Origin: Felis catus
Lineage: Eukaryota
Assembly (NCBI RefSeq): GCF_018350175.1
Contig: NC_058368.1
Location: 109,432,001-109,496,000 of the forward strand
DNA: 64,000 nucleotides
Direction: 5' to 3'
A program made the position numbers and the translations under genes. This document shows, piece after piece, positions 50,773-63,110 of this stretch; within the stretch, counting starts at the first letter, position 1; each line of letters begins with the position of its first letter. The notes beneath the pieces were generated by a model. It was not told where the DNA came from and searched no databases. It was given only the letters and a program-made list of their open reading frames with translations.

Positions 50773-53700
50773 GTAGACATCAACTTTGCCCCGGACCAGG
50801 CTCTCAGTTTTGCCCCTTGAGCTGATGCACTCTGCCCCCAAAATGGTACGCATCGCCCTTCTTGGCCCCTGTGGGCTCCAGATGTTCTGGCCACAATGAC
50901 TCTGTGAAGAGTCTACCTAAGGCCTAGGCTCTGTACACTTGGCATACCCTCTGGATGAGTATGGGGTACATGTTCCCTTCACTGGACCAATTGGGTGGGT
51001 TTCTTGACAGTGAAAAGAGCTTTATCTCAGTGGCAGCCCTTGTTGTCAAGAGGATGGGGTGAAGTCCAGGGCATGTGCCCGGCTCAGGAGGAAGCACCCC
51101 TGAGCTTAATATTGCAGCGTGTAAATCTCAGACCCCTCACCTTTTATCTGACTGTATGGTATCAGGTACTGGGGTACCATGAGGGAGGCACTGAAGGATC
51201 GGAATCTCTGAGTATGGACAGGGTAAGATGGAAATGCATAGTTAGATGAATGACAGTTTTACTGAGGTTGGAGGTGGATGTCCCTGAGATGGTGGGGTTA
51301 ATGCTCTTGAGCCAAACAGTTGGAACTTCCTGAAATTACTCTGTGCTAACATTTAAGCACTCACTATTTTATTTGGAATGTAAAATGGTTCTGTTTCAAG
51401 GATGACTCTATTTTAATTACAGGTCAGTAGTGAGCAGTTGAGCCACTGCAAGGAACTTGTAAAGCAGCACCTGAGAAGTTTGTAGTCCTCTTCCTGCTCA
51501 GACAACTTTGTTTCACTTCCCAGCCTCTGTGGCCCTACCCTAGTACCCTTTAGAGCATCATGGCAACCCCTTCTTGCTGGGACGCCTCTAAATTCTAGGC
51601 TTTATGGATCCTGTAATAATAAAGGAAGAAGGCACTGGAAGGCAACTGAGAAAAAGCTCTCGAGTCTTGAGAAGGCAGTAAGGAGAAAAAAGGCAGGTCG
51701 GGGGTCCCTGTTGGGAAGGGTGGTCTGACAGATCAAGACCCTGCTCTCCTCTCCCATGGGTCCGAGACCAGCATGAATGAATGAATGGTCATACTGCACC
51801 TTGGTTTTCCCTTCTTCTCCAGCATGGACTGGTAGTGGCCCCTAAGGGAACTGGAGTCAGGCCAGCAGTGGGCCTTGCTCAGGACCGAAGGGCCGGGCTG
51901 GTTCTGACTGACCAGCTTGTGCTGCTCCACCTACGGAGCTGGCCAGGTTCTGTCGGCTTCCCAGACTTCTGGGAAGTGTAGCACTTCAAGTGCCAATGAC
52001 CTTGCCCATCATGGCAAAAATGGGACCGTTTCTCCAAATGAATGTCCCCTGACTTGGCCATGACCTAGGTCTTCTCTTCATAAGACCTGGATCATAAAGT
52101 ATGCTTTGTTCAATGTACAGTAACTTGGTCAAGCTTCACACGTTTGTCCTTTGTTACTCTTAAGCAAAGTAGTTTACTACCTTAGAGGAATTTTATGTTT
52201 AAGAATGATCTCAGCAGCTGACCCCTGATGGGGAAACACAGCTCTGAGAGCTTTAGGTCGAGATGAGCAGGTTCTGAGGCTGAGGCTGCTCCCAACATGC
52301 CACTGCTAGAAGGAGATGACTGGCACAGCCGTGAGGGAGAAGCCAGCTGTCTCTCGGACAGCAGGACACTACAGAGCCATTGTCTGGGCAGGAGACTCCA
52401 GCAGGCAGAGCTGCCCCCTGGAGCTGTGTAAGCAGCGTCGGGAATACGAATGACAGAACCACACATTTCACAGTGATTTCTGAAGTCTTGCCACCCTGAG
52501 CAGTTTTTTGTAAACAGGCTAAGCTGTGAGGAATACGACCTGCTGCTAGATGCAGAGAGGTCACAGACCAGGTAGACTATAACAGTGCGCGTATGAATCT
52601 CTACCTATTGTCCACACAAATTTGCCTGGTGGAGCTTCTGTAAAAATAAAGTTTAAGTCCTTTCAACCTCATCAGAATCTTATTTTAAATGTATTGGATA
52701 TCCAGCATTTAGACTCGATAGTCACATACACTTAGAATACCACCTCCTGGGTCCCAGCAACAGCTGTCTGTAGTCCAGCACCAATGGAGAGGCTGAGGCA
52801 CATCCTGCTGCTCACAGCAACCCCTCCCAGGGCCACAGCTGCCCCCTGCCCCCTTCCTTGTGCTGGGAGTGAGGACTGGGGGCAGGGGGAGCAGGGAGTA
52901 CGGGCTCATGCTGAGCACCCATCCCAGCTCTGGCTCTCTCTGACTTTGGAGAACTGCAGGGAAGTCTTGACCTCTTAACTAGGGAGCTCTGAGTGGAAGC
53001 TGGGTCCTCAACGCTAATCTCTCAGAGAAAGGAGAAGGTGGACCTGTGTGTGAACCCTGTACTGAGAAAAGGGACAGCCCTGCTTTAGTAAACAGTATTG
53101 CTCTTTGAGAAAGCAAACTTCTGCGTTGCCAAGTACCACTTGGGAGTTTGAGAAAAGTTTTTAGGCTGTTGAGGCTCACCTTGGGATTCCAGGTCCCATC
53201 TTCCTCTCTCTCCCTCTCCCTCTCCCTCTCCCCCTCCCCCTCTCCCTCTCCCCCTCTCCCTCTCCCCCTCCCCCTCTCCCTCTCCCCCTCCCCCTCTCCC
53301 TCCCCCTCTCCCCCTCCCCCTCTCCCCCTCCCCCTCTCCCTCTCCCCCTCTCCCTCTCCCCCTCTCCCTCTCCCTCTCCCCCTCTCCCTCTCCCCCTCTC
53401 CCTCTCTCCCTCTCCCTCTCTCTCTCCCTCTCTCCCTCTCCCTCTCTCCCTCTCCCTCTCTCCCTCTCCCTCTCTCCCTCTCCCTCTCTCCCTCTCCCTC
53501 TCTCCCTCTCCCTCTCCCTCTCCCTCCCCCTCTCTTTTTAAGCAACTCCTATCCCACCTCAGATCAGAGATTGGGATTGTTGTGGTGGGAGAAGTATGGA
53601 CACGATTTGTCTTGCTTTTGTCCCTGTCTACAGAAGGGGAGGGATTGGTGAAGGACTGTAGCTACAGAAAATGGAGAGGAGAGAAGACACGGGCAGATGG

Positions 53701-56700
53701 GCTGAGAACAGAGTAGGGGAGCATCCTGGGCCTTTTTAATACTTGTCCAAATATTACTTCCCCCAGATGGGTGAGCGAGCTGTACAATGCTGTTCCCTCT
53801 ACCAATGTCACCTTTGTCTCCTCTGGTTTCCTGGAGGGTCTTTGTCCTTCAAAGCTCGGTGAAGACTTTGCTTCCCTGCTAGCTGACTCCCCACAAGGAG
53901 AGCTGAGCTGAACGTTCATTAGGGGTGTCTGCACACAAGTCTCTCCGGTGTGCTGTCACCTCTCTGACCTAAGTCCCCCTCTCCTTGTTTTGGTCTTGCC
54001 AGTGATGAACCTAGTGCCCAGTAGAGAAAGCTCCTCTGCAAATGAGTCCACAAGCTTGTCATCGCTTCCCTCCAGCACTGGTCTGCCCTTTCTCAGCCAA
54101 ATATCCACCTACCAGGGCATCCCACCTCTACCAAACCATCTCAGGTCCACCAACCCACACTTTTGTGTGTCAAACTGCACACTTCAATTGTGGCTACATT
54201 TTCACTATAAGTCCATCATCCCACTGGGTTGCCAAGTAGCAACTGTAGCTCAGGAATCAAGGGTACAGGCTACCAATAATCAAATCTCAACTCCACCAGT
54301 TACTAGCTGTGTGACTCTGGGTAATTACTTTACCTCTCTGCCTTACCTATAAAATGGGGGGGGGGGGGGAATAGTACCTGATCTTGGAATTATTATGAAT
54401 ATTAGAGGAATTAATGCACGTAATGCAATTCAGAACAATGCCTGACACACCATAAGAACTCAGATGTTAGTTGTCCCATGTCAAGCCTCTTCCACAAGGA
54501 TGTAAACTCTTAAAAGGCAGCCCTTTCCTTCTCTGGTGGCCTGCACCCACTCACGCACGCTGAAGATTGATGGACCATAGGCTCTCTCCTAACCATGACT
54601 CTTTCCTCCATCCCACACCCATTCCAGAGCTTTTCACAGATGCCCACAGCAGGAGTCACTATTGAAACACGACTCCTATAGAAGCTGGCCAACCCCACAA
54701 AGTTCACAGAAAAGACAAGCTGTGTTTTACCACAGTCGTAGCAGATTAATAGGCTAGAAAACATGTTAAATCAGAAAAGCTACTGCCCAAAAAAGACACC
54801 ACAAAAACTCAAAATAAATGCAAAATTTAATGGGGAAAAAAAAAAGAGTACAAAGTGAATGGAAAGGAACAAAAACAGTCAATGTATGAAGGAGTAAATG
54901 AATTAACAGGTGAAGCAGTTTTAGAAAAGCATGTTAACGTAACAGACGAGCAAGCCACACTTCCCTTGGGCCTCTTATCCAGTAATATGAGCCCCACTTA
55001 ACGAGCACCCACACACAGACACATGGAAACATATATGCAGTCAGTCTGCACAATTACAAACCACCTCCATTCGGGTTACCCATCACCAGGGTAACCATTC
55101 ATGCCGGTTCGCCTGAGACCGTTCCAGCTTACACCTGTTGATCTGGCATGATTATTAGCAGGACCTGCTTTCACTCTGAAAAGTCTCAGTTTGGACAATA
55201 AATTACATGATTCTATCCAAAACCAACATAGCTCATGAAGAGACATGATCATAAATGCCAGCATGACCCCACTGACAGTCCTAATAATGCTAAAAGATGA
55301 TTCTGAAAAGGAGAGGCAAATCAGATCCTGACTACAAGGGTCACATCCCGGACGGGGTAGCTTGTTAAATAACGGCACATTTTAAGCTCATTTTGTGCAT
55401 CAAGGATTAATTTGGTCTCAGCTGAAGATGATAAACTTACAAACACAAATAGCCCAGGGAGAGAAGGGTGGCAAGGCTCACTGGAGCCGATGGTACCTGT
55501 GGAAGCAGCTCAGACCCCAGAAAGTGTTAAGAGTGACAGGTCTCCCGAGAGATGCTGGGAAGCCCTGCACCCATAGGAAGGTAACCAGCCACAGTTCCGA
55601 CCTTCCAGTATGCCCGAGCTGCAGCCCACAGGCTGTGGTGAATGGGTGGCAGGAGCTGTCCACTCCAGAGTCCCCAAATCGGCCCGTGAACCAGGAATCT
55701 CTGTTTCTTATATAACCAGCGAATCCTCTGGGTCACTGAGCCTCATCTTCAGAAATACATTAGCTGACAGAGGTGATCTTACAGGTCATGCCTCAGCCAA
55801 AATGAATACACTCTCACACATATAATCCCCCTAAAGTCAAGCCACCGACAGTCCACATGTGCCTTAGGTATACGCTGATTGGCCTTTTGAATGCCCACAC
55901 TGAAGCCCCTTACAATCTGGATCCACCCCTGGTCACGGCATGACACTTCGAGCAGTTGCACTCCGGACATCCGTAAGACCTTCTCTGCTCCTGGTGAGGA
56001 GGACAAGGCTGCCTTTCTCCTGCCGTACCTCTGGGGACACACACACGGCTCGCCCCTCCTCCCCACTCTGAATGGAGCCCCATCTCAGAAGGGCAGGACG
56101 AGGCCAGGACTTGGTCCCGGAAATCAGTAAAGCAGGCCAAGGCAGAAAGGGGGAAACAGCAATGGGAAGGAGGACAGAGGACATGAAAAACAAACGACCA
56201 ATCTGACAATAAATTAGCGCGACTTCCCAAGGCTTCCGACTAGGGAGTGCACTAGACTGTGAGCTGCCTGAGGGCAGGGCTGCGTGTTATTCTGAGTACA
56301 CTGTATCTAGCACAGTGCTCCATCAACATTAAATGAAATCCTTTCATCTACTCATTTTTTATCTATTTCATCACACCATATTCTCAGCCCTGATACTCGC
56401 AGTGGCTCGCAGACCAACAGGAACATCGGAGAATCAATACTGCCAGTACTTCCTCACAATGATCCCCTGAAGAACGCAGTGGAGGTGGGAAAGCTCCTTG
56501 GCTGGTAGTGTTTTCTCAAATAGTCCACATACATCAGACACCTTCATGTCTTTGCTTTGTGAGTCGGCCAGGAAAACGGAAAACAACGACCTTGAGATAA
56601 AAAAACGACCTTTTCCCGGCAGAGTACTCTTTGCATTTGGAATATGCAGGATTGGTTTGGGGGGGGGTCTTAGTTGGAGTCAAACACTTAACACACACGT

Positions 56701-59700
56701 GGAGTGGTCCCTGTGTATGGGTAGCACCTGTGGAGCACACAGACAACGGCTTTGGGCTGCTGTTCCATTTACGTCCACATTTAAAACACTGCATGGGGTC
56801 TCCTTCGTGTCCCACTTTCATCCATAAAGAAATTCCAAACACTGTCATCACAGGATGTTTATTACCCACCTCTCCCTAAATATTATAGGGATACTTTATA
56901 CATAAGAAAGGTTTAGAGATATTTTTAGTTTTTAAAAAATGAGGGAATCTGGGTTACTTATGAAAATAACGGGAGAGGATATTATTTGTCTTTACGCTTG
57001 TGCCAAAATAAAAATTTAGAAGTATCTTAAAAGTTATTATTGAAATTAAGCTCTAGGTTAGAAAAATTAAACTGAGGGGGAATCGAGCGAATTTTGCAGC
57101 ATGTATACCAGACCACGCGGCCACACCTAGGGCACCGCATGAGTTGCCATCTTGACGCTGAACAATTAGGCCGAGCATCGCCGGCTGGGGCCTTCGCTAG
57201 AGCGGCACATAACTGCTCCGTCAAGGAATAGTGACACTGTAAATGGAAGACCAGCCACTGGCTCTGAAAAAAATAAACCTTGTCAGTTTTGGATTCCAGC
57301 ATTCATGGCTTTGACGTGTTTGCATAGAGAGGGTGGCCCACCAGGCCCAGGGCAGCCTGGGGGTGGGGGTAGGGGACAAAGCAAGGCTGTAAACACTGGA
57401 GTCTGTACCGGCTCCCAGTCCGTCCTCACACCATGTTATGGGAGAAGAAGGGTCACAAGGTGTAACTCAAGCAACTTAACACATGAAAGTCTAAAGTCCG
57501 CTCTTGACATGTAAGTCTGTGCGTGCGTTAACTGAAAAATAAAAATAAAACAAACAGAACAAAAACAGACACATTAAAAGATACGCAGACGACCAAATCA
57601 AACAGAAACAAAAGACAGCAAGTTGGCTGCTGGGAAAGGGCAGTCAGTTTGGCATTTGTGGCGAGCAAAGCAGAGAATTTGCTTTAGTTTGTGGCATTCC
57701 AGGCTGAGGGTCAAGATCTGATTGGGAACTAATTTTGCAAAAATGGATTAAAATCTAAAGACTAAGTATAACCAATCAAAGCAATCTAACTCAGTGGTCA
57801 TGAAAAACCACCCCCCACCCCGAAAGCGCTCCTCACATACCCCATTCCCCTGACCAGGACAAGAGGAAGGGGCACTCCAGGCCACCTCACCTACCCAACT
57901 CCTGGCCTCACAAGGCCAGCACGGGAGGAGAGGTCTCTCCCAGAGGCCAAACGGACTGAAGCTTTCTGGCATGTCCAGCAAGCAGAAAAGACCTGTTTGC
58001 CAGACCCAGGCCACACTGGGAAGGCAGGGAGACCCGACACCACAGATGAACTCTCACCCCGAGAGCTGTGCTGGTGCCCTTGCAGTCAGCCTGCACCCCA
58101 CCTCCTGGCCCTGTCCTGGCCACACGTCCGTGTCTTCAGCGTCTGAGCAGTTTCTCCATAGTTTATCTCCTAGGAGATTCTGCCTGTCTTTTCTGAAACA
58201 AGATGGCCCAGACCAAGCTGGCAGGGAGCAGGGCACAGTCTCTTTAGATGCCAACACCTGGGATGTAGACCCACACACCCCTTTCCAGGAGAAACTGGAT
58301 TCTTAGCCACTAGCTTGAAACCCACAGAGATTCCAATTCACAGAGCCCCAAGGCTCACCAAGCCAAGAGCTGGACATGGGGCTGGGGCTGGAAGCAAACG
58401 CAAAGCAAAGAGCAAATTCACATGGTTGAGGGAAATGTGGGGCTAGGGTCCTCCCTGGGGACAGGCAGGGGGTTATCTCTGCCAACAGTGCCAGCAGATG
58501 GGGTAGGACACACCAGGAAGCAGGATGAGGGAGACTATAGAAAGGAGGGGGGGGGGGGGGTCTGTCCCAAAGCAGAGGACAGGCCTTAGGAATAAGAACT
58601 AGCATTCTTTCCTAAATGCCTGGCTTTGTCCCCCTCATCTCTCCCAGGGAGCAGCTCAAGAAGGTTTTTTTCCTCAGATGTCTCTGTGCTTAGGTGCCCT
58701 GGGGGCTGTGTATGTTGCATGACAAGTGCCTGAGTCTGTGCATGTGACAGGGCTGGAGTGAGAGTAAGACTGTGTGCATGGGTGTATGTGTGTTAGGGAA
58801 TGGCAATACTAGGGGCGGGGAGAGTGCTGATGCCACAAGCAGCATCCCAGAGCCACGGCTGGCTACCTGCTGCATGGCCTTAACCACAAGCCTCCACTGC
58901 CACCAGGGAAAGAAGGGCTTGAACACACACATTCCCAAACATTCCAAGGAGACATGAGTGTCCAAGAAACTCGAGAATGAGGACAAAAATGGAATCATCC
59001 GCTTAGTTCCTCAGCTGACAAGCGAAAGATGGTATCTGACCCAGGCCAGGGGCAGGGAGAAGTAGGGATGGACGAGATCCCACAGCGTGATGAGGTACGG
59101 GACACTGAATGAAGTAGTGTGGAGGAGGGAGACCCCCCTAGGAACCAGGGCATCTGGACTCTGGCTGAGAGTGTGGAAAGAGGCTTTGAAAAAGGCTGAG
59201 GAGAAATGACTCGGAGTTGCCCCCACCTGGCCAAGAGGTTCACTGCACTGCGCAGGCTGGAAGCCTCCTGTCCTCCTCTCTCTTCCAACTCTAACTTCTA
59301 CTTGAAGGGCAGCTCCTCTCTGGAGCAGGACTCCCAGAGCCCCTTCAGGGAGATGGTGTCCTTCCTTCCACCAGGCAGTGAGCAGAGTGCCCAGGGGCCA
59401 GTGCTGCCTGGGCTCAAGCATCCACCTGCCAACCAATGCAGGTCCCACATCCACTGTAGAGACTGAGGGGGATGCACCACGCTGCCCAAGCAAAAACCAT
59501 AGGAGATTTTGGAATCTGGAAATGCGGACATTCACCGGTCCTGCCCCTCTCTGGGCTTGAAAGACCTTCCCTGAGACCTCTATACCCTTTTAGGCCTGTG
59601 TGGCCTGGGCTTCACCATCCCAGCTCTGAGGGGGCGGCAGGAGGGGGAGAGAGAGAGAGAGAGAGAGAAAGAGAGGGGGACAGGAAGAAAGAAACAGAGA

Positions 59701-62700
59701 CAGAGCCTGAGACTGAGCCAGGAAAGAGAGAGACAGAGAGAGAGAGAGGAATAGAGAATCGGGGTGGGGGGGTAACAAGGGGTTACCTGTGCAAGACAGA
59801 GCATGCACAAATACCCAGTATCCTGAGATATCAAGCTCACCAGTGAGAAGAAAAGAAAGGAGGGCAAGAATGAAGTGGGAAAGCGTGTGGGACTGAGAGC
59901 CAAATGGTGACTAGGCAGAGCATGGGCGAGAACCAAAGTAGACTCAAGGAGCCAAGAGTAGGACAGAGTGGGTGCCCAGGAGGGAGCAAGAGCCAGCGTG
60001 GGCAGGAGGCCCACCACCTACTTCTTCTTGTCCTTGTCCTTCCTCAGAGGCTGCTGCGAGGTGGCGTGCAAGGCCTGGGACTGCAGGGCCTCCACCGCGG
60101 CCTTCCTGCGGTTGAAGGCGCTAGTCTCCTCCTCCAGCTCCCTGCGCTTCTCTTCCACCTTGCGCTTCTCCTCCTGGTGGACCCGCTTGAGGTGCTCAAA
60201 CTTCTCGTGCAGCTGGGAGCAGAGGAGGAACAGGGGCTTCCTGTGAGCCTGGCCAGGCCCCGCCCTCCCTCACCTGGCCTCTCCCAGACCTGGAGCCCAC
60301 ACGTACCTCCCTCTCCTTCTCCTTCAGCTCCAGCTCTGTCTCCTTCACTTTGTTGACGAACATCTGCCTCATCTCTTCCTCCTTCCTCTGCAGCTCACTC
60401 AGGAACTCCTTGCGCTTGGCCTCGTAAGTCTCCTGCAGACTGTGGAGACGCACAGACAAGAGGCCAAGGGTGGGATTGTAGCGGGATGGGATGGGGCAGA
60501 GCCGGAGAAGGGGGATCACTTGGGCAAAGGAGGGTGCCAGGGTCCCCACGCCCCTCCACCTGGCTCATGAGACACCCCCCCCGCCCCCACCAGGCACAGC
60601 TGCCAGCATGGCAAGTCTGGCCGTGGCTGTGGAGATGGGCTCACGCCCCACGCAGGATGTCACCTGAAGGGCTGGCTGTCACCATCGCTGTCCTGGAAGC
60701 CCATCTCCTCCAGCTTGCAGCGCCGGTACAGCTCGTAGTGCCGACTGTGGGTCTGTTCTCGGAGGTCCTCCATGTTCACTCTGATCAACATCTCCCGGAG
60801 CTTCACAAAGTCACAGTGGTTCTCATTCTCCACTGAAAGCACAGGGCCCGTGGGGCATCAGGTGAACACACACACAGGTGGGCACAGGGAGGAAAGAACA
60901 CAGGAACAGCAGTCAAGTGTTCCAGGCCGACTCCATTGGCAGCACAGGCACTGGACAGTCAAAGGGAGGACATAGGCCAGGAGACTGAGTTTAGGCCCAC
61001 CACCTGGGGATGTGCTCCCTCTAGTCACTTACCCTGCACCACTCCCCATGGGTACTGCCGTGCTCGGACCAGCTTGTTCCCCACCTTCACCTCTTCAGTG
61101 CTGCCTACCACAGCGAAGGGCAAGTGCGCCTGGAAAGGAGCCCAAGTATGGGTGAGCAATGGGTGGACAGACTAATGGACAGACCCTCCCTCACTATCCT
61201 GGACCCCAGGGAAGGGATGCCACACCTGAACAAGGCGTGGCCAGATGCTTGCTTCCTGGCTCTCTTTTGGAGAAGTATCCTAAGGCCTCCAAATAGGAGA
61301 GCGGGCTGAACCTGCACCCCCGTCTTCCTCACATTTGAGGGGTTCTTTCAGACCTTGGGCTCCCTAGGGGCCATTAGAAGCTCCCTCACAGGACCTGCAA
61401 GCCTGGCTTTCCTCCATGTTCCCAAGCTCTGGCATCTTACCTGCTTACTCCTACAGGTTTCAGTTCCTGCCCTGCATCCTTATCTTGTGAAACTTAAGCG
61501 TGGGAAAGGCCCAGCACCAACCCAATACCCAATTCCTCCCATCTCCTGGCCGTAGGACGTAGGACTGGCTGGCTTCCAGATGCCCACCCACCCGTCTTTC
61601 CTGAATCCTGGAAATCCTGGGGAATCCTGGGGGAGCCAGAGTCTCTGGGGCTGCCACAGATCTATGCTGGCTCCAAGCCCCCTCTGGCCCTGAGGCCAGT
61701 GCCCAATGCTCACGTTCATGACTGCGTTAATCTCGGCAACAGCCTCATCATCAGTGGGAAACTGGTAGATCTGAACCCCATTGCTGACCAGCTCGCCCAT
61801 GATCTTGATCTTGAACTTGTGGAGCTCACTCTTGGAGATGGTGTCAGCCTTGGCAATGATGGGAATAATGTTCACCTGCCAGGATGAGGGGTGAGGGGCA
61901 GCAGGTTAGTTCTCCCTGACTGTGGACAGCCCTGCCCAGTCCACATCCCCAGGCAGAAAGGCAGGAGGCCAGAGACATGGAGCTGCTCCCATGGGCAGCC
62001 CCAGCCTGAACCCAGCCACCTGGGGCCTTTCTAATGGGTGGTACCAATTGACTATGGGGCTTCTTACAGCCCTGGTTCCCTCAAACCACCATCTAGCCCT
62101 AAAAACTAGTCCTCTGGGCAAACCCAGCTTTGGTTTTTAAATAAGAAATAATTCAGCTAGGGCTCAGGACCAGACTAAGGAGACAGAGCTCTACAGAAAG
62201 AACCCAGAGTGATGAGGGCCCATTGGAGCAGTAGGGAAAAGGCAAGAGAAAACAGCACCAAGCCCAGGAGCTATCTGCAGGCCCCTAAGCAGCAGAGCCC
62301 CTGAGGACCACAGTAGACAGTCACACTGCAGGCCCCAACTCAGCGGAGGACCATGAAGCCCACGGAACAAGTTTGGGGGGCAGGGTGTGTACCTTGCTGT
62401 CTAGTTTCTTCATGGTCACCAGATCCAGGGACTTGAGGGAGTGCCCAGTGGGCGTGATAAAGTAGAGGCAGACGTGGACCCTCGTATCGTGGTAGTCGAA
62501 GAGTGAGCGGCGGATCTTCAGCTCCTCCTGCAGGTAGTTTTCAAACTGCGCGTCGATGTAGTCAACTATGGGCCTGTAACTAGAGACAGCTCCATCACTC
62601 CTGAGGCAGGCACTGAGCCGCAGGGCGCGGGCTGCCCCCAACCTGCTCTCTGTAGGGACGAGCGGCTTCAGTCTGGGGTTCCCTGTCTGGGTACAGGTGG

Positions 62701-63110
62701 CTGACCCTGTCTCCTAACCTCCAAAGGGGTCCTTGGGACCTCAGGTGTTCCCCAAGAGGCCCTCCTCTGGCGCCCCATAGAGTGGAGGGCTTGCCGATTA
62801 GTGTGGGAGCAGCTAGGAATTAAGGGTGCTTGGGCAGAGCGTTAGAACCGAGCCCACCATGGGGGGAGGGGAGCGGGGATGAGAGTAGGCGGGGCCGCCC
62901 TTCCCGCCTCTTGCCTCTCATCCTTATTGATCTGATCCCCGAAGCCCACAGCATCCACGATGGTCAGCTTGAGGTGCACGTTGCTCTCTTGGAGGTCGTA
63001 GGTCTGGGGCCGCAGGCGCACACACTCCTCATGATGACTGGCTTCCTCGGTCTCGAAGGTCGTGTTGAAGAGAGTGTTCATCAGCGTGGACTTGCCAATG
63101 CCAGTCTCCC
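50592..63110 (-). CDS. SEPTIN8: Septin-8, spliced span of exons in window (5' end beyond right edge)
   Basis: Septin GTPase motifs GETGIGKS (G1), DAVG (G3, SEPT6 group), AKAD (G4), septin unique element, coiled coil ending KDKDKK; synteny with KIF3A/CCNI2. Confidence 0.97.
51423..51485 (+). CDS. CCNI2: CCNI2 exon 6 coding part to TAG
   Basis: ttacag|GTC AGT AGT...; [20 protein letters not shown]. Confidence 0.85.
   Translation, partial: VSSEQLSHCKELVKQHLRSL
51618..51623 (+). terminator. Candidate poly(A) signal for CCNI2 (AATAAA)
   Basis: First AATAAA I found after the exon 6 stop; motif only. Confidence 0.4.
53199..53539. repeat. ~340-nt pure polypyrimidine/polypurine tract of degenerate CTCCCT units
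   Basis: No A or G on the plus strand over the interval. Confidence 0.97.
54240..54470 (+). mobile_element. MIR relic
   Basis: ttactagctgtgtgactctgggtaattactttacctctctg...ctataaaatgggg core. Confidence 0.7.
54780..54831 (-). terminator. Candidate proximal SEPT8 poly(A) site
   Basis: Minus strand ATTAAA (54831-54826) followed by a U/GU-rich element (gagtttttgtggtgtctttttt), at the end of an almost repeat-free 3' UTR-like stretch. Confidence 0.6.
57221..57263 (-). CDS. SEPTIN8: SEPT8 alternative terminal exon ([14 protein letters not shown])
   Basis: tttttttcag|A GCC AGT GGC TGG TCT TCC ATT TAC AGT GTC ACT ATT CCT TGA; matches a SEPT8 C-terminus I recall. Confidence 0.85.
57528..57531 (-). 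CDS. SEPTIN8: SEPT8 alternative terminal exon start (N*)
   Basis: Very long U-rich tract ...ttttatttttatttttcag|T TAA completes AA| to N-stop (KDKKN*). Confidence 0.8.
57748..57754 (-). CDS. SEPTIN8: SEPT8 candidate alternative terminal exon start (KF*)
   Basis: tagtctttag|A TTT TAA completes AA| to K-F-stop. Confidence 0.55.
60022..60212 (-). CDS. SEPTIN8: SEPT8 last common exon (191 nt)
   Basis: [63 protein letters not shown], ends AA|gtaggt (phase 2). Confidence 0.95.
60307..60439 (-). CDS. SEPTIN8: SEPT8 exon (133 nt)
   Basis: [44 protein letters not shown]. Confidence 0.96.
60664..60832 (-). CDS. SEPTIN8: SEPT8 exon (169 nt)
   Basis: [56 protein letters not shown]. Confidence 0.96.
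61033..61129 (-). CDS. SEPTIN8: SEPT8 exon (97 nt)
   Basis: [32 protein letters not shown]; donor gtaagt. Confidence 0.96.
61714..61875 (-). CDS. SEPTIN8: SEPT8 exon (162 nt, G4)
   Basis: [54 protein letters not shown]. Confidence 0.96.
62393..62579 (-). CDS. SEPTIN8: SEPT8 exon (187 nt)
   Basis: [62 protein letters not shown]. Confidence 0.96.
62915..63110 (-). CDS. SEPTIN8: SEPT8 exon (196 nt, G1/G3), GC donor
   Basis: ccccag|GG GAG ACT GGC ATT GGC AAG TCC...GAT GAG AG|gcaaga; this boundary joins the next exon in frame (INKDES-YRP). Confidence 0.93.

Larger units (their letters stand above)
46500..51485 (+). pseudogene. CCNI2: Cyclin I family member 2, six-exon gene with in-frame TAG in exon 1 (possible unitary pseudogene or null allele)
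   Basis: Six phase-0 GT-AG exons with cyclin I-like sequence between KIF3A and SEPT8; TAG at 46614-46616. Identity is secure; pseudogene status is inferred. Confidence 0.6.

Noticed and set aside
52979..53651. Long ORFs on both strands (GREGE-rich 188 aa; SP/LP-rich 167 aa)
   Set aside because: Translations of the C/T tract, which cannot contain stop codons; no gene context.
59904..60356. Plus-strand 150-aa Leu-rich ORF
   Set aside because: Antisense shadow of SEPT8 coiled-coil exons; no splice or promoter support, unlike the overlap at 50592-50757.
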